NCBI GenBank assembly: GCA_001567355.1
Contig: JYNZ01000002.1
Location: 199,477 to 263,476, forward strand
Direction of reading: 5' to 3'
Source of the DNA: a candidate division WS6 bacterium OLB20
Lineage (GTDB): Bacteria > Patescibacteriota > Dojkabacteria > B142 > OLB20
DNA length: 64,000 nt
Under the pieces are notes generated by a model. It saw only the letters and a list, made by a program, of their open reading frames with translations. It ran no database searches and was not told the DNA's origin. A program made the translations under genes and the position numbers. This document shows, one piece after another, positions 59,907-64,000 of this stretch; within the stretch, counting starts at the first letter, position 1, and each line of letters starts with the position of its first letter.

Positions 59907-61658
59907 ATGGAGCCGCGTGAGTCATACCGACCACAACTGAATCAGCAGATGCTTCGTGCGCTGCTGCTTGCACTGATTGCTGCACTAGTTGCATCAGGCA
60001 AAGCAGATGCGCAATCTCTGGATCCGGGATCCTACCTTAATGCTCTGCCGGACTTTATGTATCCGCCGGCTGAACCCTGCATATATAACCCCGGTGGGAC
60101 TGCACTTCATCACAGTGTAATCCCGGACATCGGAGGTATTACAAATGCTGTTCAAGTTGATCAGCTTGATGAGCAATGGTTTCCATCTGTGGATCGCTTC
60201 AGATCAACGTTTGAACCAGGCTCAGCCTCGCGCGCAAACATTGAGGAAGCTATCAACCTTGCCGATCCTGATGGCAGACTGATTCAGTCTATGGGGTATA
60301 CAACTGTAGCTGACTACGTCAGCAATATCTGGATCATACCCGGTCATGAGGACGGGAACACTGTGAACGTAGACACCATCATCAACGGACGGCACAGCTG
60401 GGGTACGACGCTGCAGCTGTATAACTGCACGATCAGCTCTTTTGGTCCGCGAATGAATACAAATGTAATAGCTTTTTCTTCGGATTCGGTTAACAGTAGA
60501 AACGGCCAATACGTATACGAGTCGTTTATTGCCGAGGAGGCACTTCAGTCAGTAACATTCTACTCTGATGTCTTAAAGGCGCAACTGCAGGGATTTAGTG
60601 CAGAAGCGTTTTTTGAGGAATGGACAAACGGTCACATCCGCCTTCAGCATGAACTGATTGACGCGATCTTTCTGCATGAGGCATATGGCAGCAGTTTAAA
60701 CTCGCTTGCGGCTTCGGGCTATCAGATATATGCAGGCAGACTGAGTTCGGGCCGGCAGCTTGACGGTACTGTTCCCGACCTAGCCACAGAACTGATAACT
60801 ATTACAGGTCTCAACACTGACGATGCTCGTGCGCACGGCATCAATATTAACAGCCCGCTGGAATTTGCACAGGCGATGACAGACCCGGTCACAGCTGTGT
60901 TTGTCGATGCCTATGTTATTCACAGAACCGGCATGCCTGTTGCCGGTCATCTTTACGGTAAACGTACCAACAACGGCTTTGATGTCGGCCAGTATGATCC
61001 TGCACCGATCGGTCCCAACCAGCTGCAGCTGTATCTGATGCTTTACGGGCCTGCTGCTGAGGGCGAGATCGCATCACCCACACCCGAACTTATACCCACG
61101 CTGACGCAGACAGCAACTCTGACACAGGTGCCGACTCTCGAACCATCAGCGACACTGTCAGCTACTCCGTCTCCGACACCAACATATACAGATGTTCCAA
61201 CCGAAACGGCAACTGTGGTTACACCTGAGCCGGCAGACACAGAGGAGCCTGCAAGTCCTGCCCCTTCTATAACACCTGAAGCTTCGATAACACCTGTACT
61301 GACCTCAACTGAGGAGATGCAAGCTACGCTTGTGGCAACGATACTGGCTGCAAGCCCTGAAAGTACTCCTACCATTGTTGTTTCTGACACAGGTATGGAG
61401 GTAACAGGAACAGATGAGCAATCCGGCACTGCATTGACTGCGCTTCTGTGTCTTGTTGGACTTGCCGGACTGATGGCAGCTGCAGGAGGTGCCATACTGA
61501 TTAAAGACCTGCGCCGGACAAAGGCCAGACCGGCACGGCAGCAGCGTTCTACTCAGCGCTCAGAGGTGCGACAGAATGCAAGAGTAAACAGACGTCAGGC
61601 TGAAGATTACGACAGCAGACTTAAACGCATCAAGCAGAAACGCGACCGCAGACTGTAA
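59907..61658 (+). CDS. cell-surface protein with Thr/Pro-rich stalk and C-terminal membrane anchor
   Basis: Signal peptide (LRALLLALIAALVASGKADA). Low-complexity T/P/S-rich region from about aa 390 to 500. C-terminal TM (LTALLCLVGLAGLMAAAGGAILI) followed by a basic tail. Confidence 0.55.
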   Translation: MEPRESYRPQLNQQMLRALLLALIAALVASGKADAQSLDPGSYLNALPDFMYPPAEPCIYNPGGTALHHSVIPDIGGITNAVQVDQLDEQWFPSVDRFRSTFEPGSASRANIEEAINLADPDGRLIQSMGYTTVADYVSNIWIIPGHEDGNTVNVDTIINGRHSWGTTLQLYNCTISSFGPRMNTNVIAFSSDSVNSRNGQYVYESFIAEEALQSVTFYSDVLKAQLQGFSAEAFFEEWTNGHIRLQHELIDAIFLHEAYGSSLNSLAASGYQIYAGRLSSGRQLDGTVPDLATELITITGLNTDDARAHGININSPLEFAQAMTDPVTAVFVDAYVIHRTGMPVAGHLYGKRTNNGFDVGQYDPAPIGPNQLQLYLMLYGPAAEGEIASPTPELIPTLTQTATLTQVPTLEPSATLSATPSPTPTYTDVPTETATVVTPEPADTEEPASPAPSITPEASITPVLTSTEEMQATLVATILAASPESTPTIVVSDTGMEVTGTDEQSGTALTALLCLVGLAGLMAAAGGAILIKDLRRTKARPARQQRSTQRSEVRQNARVNRRQAEDYDSRLKRIKQKRDRRL

Positions 61659-61697
61659 AAAACCCACAGTAAAAGCGTAGCAAAAACGTAACGCCGT

Positions 61698-62783
61698 ATG
61701 GTATGCTTTATGTTACATACATCTTACGCAGTACGCGTGTACCAGCCACAGTTCTCTCTGACAAACAGAATGGTCATGAACCTCGTTAAACTCGAGGTTG
61801 AAAAGAGCCTGATTGAGCATGAGTCTCTCTCATCGCAGCAGAAAGGCAATCTTAAACTTCGTGCCAAGGCAGTCAATATGTTCCATATGGCTCATATCAT
61901 AGGCGTCGAGCTTACGTTAAAAGACGCGGAAAAAGCAGCTGAGGGCCGAAAGATCAAGACTGATGACGCACGTGGCATAATTCTAAACAACTACCGCAAC
62001 AGCATTGAGTTTGTGCGATCAAATATCACCGACACCTATGTGGATATTGACCTCAACATCATGCTGCATCTCAACAAAATACTGCTGACAGACTGGAAGG
62101 AGACCTGGGAGTCAAAATTCCGTACCGGTGGTGAGGACATCGATATGATCCTTGATAACTGGGTCGCGCTTCGTGATACTTCAATCGAAGCTGTGAGAAT
62201 CCAGGACGAACTGCTGCAGGTGCTGGACTGGTATAAGTCATCGATCGCCAAAGTACACAACATCATCCGGATTGGCGTACTGATTTACCGACTCATGCGT
62301 ATTTCGCCGTTTATGGTGGCAAACAAGCTCAGCATTATTGCTATTGCTGATTTTCTGCTGCAGAAGAACGGCTACCTCGAGCACACATACCTGCCTGCAA
62401 CCAGAAACTTTGATGTCTACGAGGACGAATACCGCGAAGCGTGGACACACGCAATTGAGCAGAACGAAGACGTGACACTCTGGCTGGAGCGTTTTATCCG
62501 CAATCTCTCTAATGACATGGTTGATGTGCGCGAAGAAATCGGAAAATCACAGCAGAGCGAGACCAAGTCAGCCCGGCAGCCGTTTCTTGACCTTAACAAG
62601 CGTCAGCTCAAGATCCTGCGCTATCTTCAGACCATCCCCACAGTTAAACGCGAGGATTACGTTCAGATGATGGACGTATCAACAATGACCGCATACCGCG
62701 ACCTTGATGCGCTTGTTCAGAAAAAACTGCTGAAGGTAGAAGGGAAGGGAAGAGGTACCCGCTACATGCTCTATAACAGGTAG
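61698..62783 (+). CDS. Fic/Doc-family-like protein with degenerate active-site motif and C-terminal wHTH
   Basis: Fic-like core with the motif position reading ISPFMVANKLS instead of HPFx[DE]GNGR. C-terminal winged-helix-like segment (LNKRQLKILRYLQTIP...GKGRGTRY). Confidence 0.4.
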   Translation: MVCFMLHTSYAVRVYQPQFSLTNRMVMNLVKLEVEKSLIEHESLSSQQKGNLKLRAKAVNMFHMAHIIGVELTLKDAEKAAEGRKIKTDDARGIILNNYRNSIEFVRSNITDTYVDIDLNIMLHLNKILLTDWKETWESKFRTGGEDIDMILDNWVALRDTSIEAVRIQDELLQVLDWYKSSIAKVHNIIRIGVLIYRLMRISPFMVANKLSIIAIADFLLQKNGYLEHTYLPATRNFDVYEDEYREAWTHAIEQNEDVTLWLERFIRNLSNDMVDVREEIGKSQQSETKSARQPFLDLNKRQLKILRYLQTIPTVKREDYVQMMDVSTMTAYRDLDALVQKKLLKVEGKGRGTRYMLYNR

Positions 62784-62836
62784 ACCGGATATCGCTCCAC
62801 TAACGCTGGATCATAGCTTTTCTTCACCGGTTGATA

Positions 62837-64000
62837 TCAAACCAGATCACGCAGTTTGATAATACGTTCAACGGTAGTTCTGTTTTTGATAATCTGGTTC
62901 AATTCGTCCGCATTTGCTTTTTTTATCCCGTCCATACTGCCGAACGCCTGCAGAAGCCTGCGCTTGGTGACAGGTCCGATACCCGGGATATCATCGAGTC
63001 CTGACTTGAGCTGCGACTTTGAGCGCAGATTGCGGTGATACGAGATAGCAAAACGATGCGACTCGTCCCTGATCCTCTGGATCAGGAATCTCCCTTCAGA
63101 ACCGGCGCGCAAGGTACGTTTGAGAAAACCCAGCTCACCGTCCTCCTCTCGCGGGATAAATATCTCCTCCATACGTTTGGCAAGTCCGATGACGGGCAGC
63201 GCAAACCCCTGTTCGGTGAGGATCTGGTAGGCAGAACTCAGCTGTCCCTTTCCACCATCAACAATGAGGAGGTCAGGGAGTTCGCGAAAGCTTTCATCGT
63301 CTGACGATTCGCTCCTCTTTAAACGCCTTGTCAGTACTTCGCGCATCATAGCGAAGTCATCAGGAGTATCCTTTGTCTTGATTTTAAATTTTCTGTACAG
63401 ACTTTTGGCCGGTTTGCCATCCTTGAAAACGACCATAGAGCCGACTGCGTGCTTTCCCTGGATATTTGAGATATCAAAACATTCAATTCTGAATCCCTTT
63501 TTAATCTCAAGATCATACATGTCGAGTTTTGCTGTCAGCTGGAGCAATGCCGTTTCCTGACGCTTCTGCTTCTCCTCAGCAAACAGCTTCTCGTCTGTTC
63601 TTTCTCTGATACTGATCCGCTGGGTTATTGCCTCAAGGTCAGCCGCCTTGTCGCGCAGCTGTGCAGCACGTTCGAACTGCCGGTCTGCAGCAGCCTGCTG
63701 CATTGCCTTGCGCAGCTCATCCTGCAGTTTGTGCTTGTCGTTGGTGAAAAACCGTCTGATGCTGGCAGTATTCTTCTTATAATCCGTTGAACTTACCGCA
63801 CCGGCACAAGGCGCCTGGCAGAGACCGAGATAATAGTACAGACAGGGTTTCGGATCAGATGACTTTACCGATACTGAAACAGTTCCGTTTTTGTCTGCAG
63901 TTCTGACCTCCTCAATGATCCTGGTACAGGTGCGGTACGGGTAGATTTTTCGCAGCATTCGCAGGATCCGTTTTACCGGGAGTGTTGAAGGATAGGGACC
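62837..64000 (-). CDS. uvrC: excinuclease ABC subunit C, C-terminal part (N-terminus beyond window end)
   Basis: Cys cluster (LRKIYPYRTC...C...C). UVR domain (RQFERAAQLRDKAADLE). RNase H-like endonuclease domain. Terminal (HhH)2 (IPGIGPVTKRRLLQAFGSMDGIKKA). The frame is open to the window edge. Confidence 0.85.
   Translation of the reverse strand, partial: GPYPSTLPVKRILRMLRKIYPYRTCTRIIEEVRTADKNGTVSVSVKSSDPKPCLYYYLGLCQAPCAGAVSSTDYKKNTASIRRFFTNDKHKLQDELRKAMQQAAADRQFERAAQLRDKAADLEAITQRISIRERTDEKLFAEEKQKRQETALLQLTAKLDMYDLEIKKGFRIECFDISNIQGKHAVGSMVVFKDGKPAKSLYRKFKIKTKDTPDDFAMMREVLTRRLKRSESSDDESFRELPDLLIVDGGKGQLSSAYQILTEQGFALPVIGLAKRMEEIFIPREEDGELGFLKRTLRAGSEGRFLIQRIRDESHRFAISYHRNLRSKSQLKSGLDDIPGIGPVTKRRLLQAFGSMDGIKKANADELNQIIKNRTTVERIIKLRDLV

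Noticed and set aside
61043-61495. 150-aa ORF antisense to the Thr/Pro-rich region of the surface protein
   Set aside because: It is a mirror of the repetitive ACN/CCN codons on the sense strand and is not an independent gene.

Overview
This 64-kb window is a gene-dense bacterial chromosomal segment of about 50% GC. Almost no start codon is preceded by a Shine-Dalgarno sequence. TGA is used as a stop codon. Protein families are recognisable but divergent, consistent with an uncultivated lineage; the source organism cannot be named from sequence alone.

Main contents, in order:
- A compact type IV pilus locus: prepilin peptidase, PilX-like protein, a giant prepilin-type protein, two pseudopilins, PilC, PilB and the major pilin.
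- tRNA-Leu.
- mutS, followed by a compact mfd.
- greA and ssb.
- lysS carrying a C-terminal PTH2/DUF2000-like extension.
- An M20 peptidase.
- A polysaccharide-modification cluster: formyltransferase, CE4 and LmbE deacetylases, and a GT2 glycosyltransferase.
- A HIT-family protein and murC.
- A nucleotide-reduction locus: nrdR, a standalone class II RNR core, a tandem-Nudix protein, and a 1450-aa protein with two further complete class II RNR cores fused in tandem. That gives three cores within about 8 kb.
- pyrD, an FMN reductase, an FAD oxidoreductase, a nucleotidyltransferase, recO, a cytidylate-kinase-like protein and a metallo-beta-lactamase-fold protein.
- A T-box leader followed by glyQS, then a GT28 glycosyltransferase.
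- The hrcA-grpE-dnaK heat-shock operon with a degenerate CIRCE element.
- An unusual operon of PP2C phosphatase, papain-like Cys-His protein, ATP-grasp ligase, SAM methyltransferase and PLP-dependent enzyme, lying divergent from a LysW-like zinc-ribbon carrier gene.
- tRNA-Thr, a Thr/Pro-rich surface protein, a Fic-like protein, and the 3' part of uvrC.

Six single-base indels at short homopolymers disrupt lysS (twice), murC, a wHTH regulator, the GT28 gene and the PLP-enzyme gene. The pattern suggests assembly or sequencing error rather than genuine pseudogenes.

No transposase, integrase, CRISPR array or rRNA gene is present in the window.
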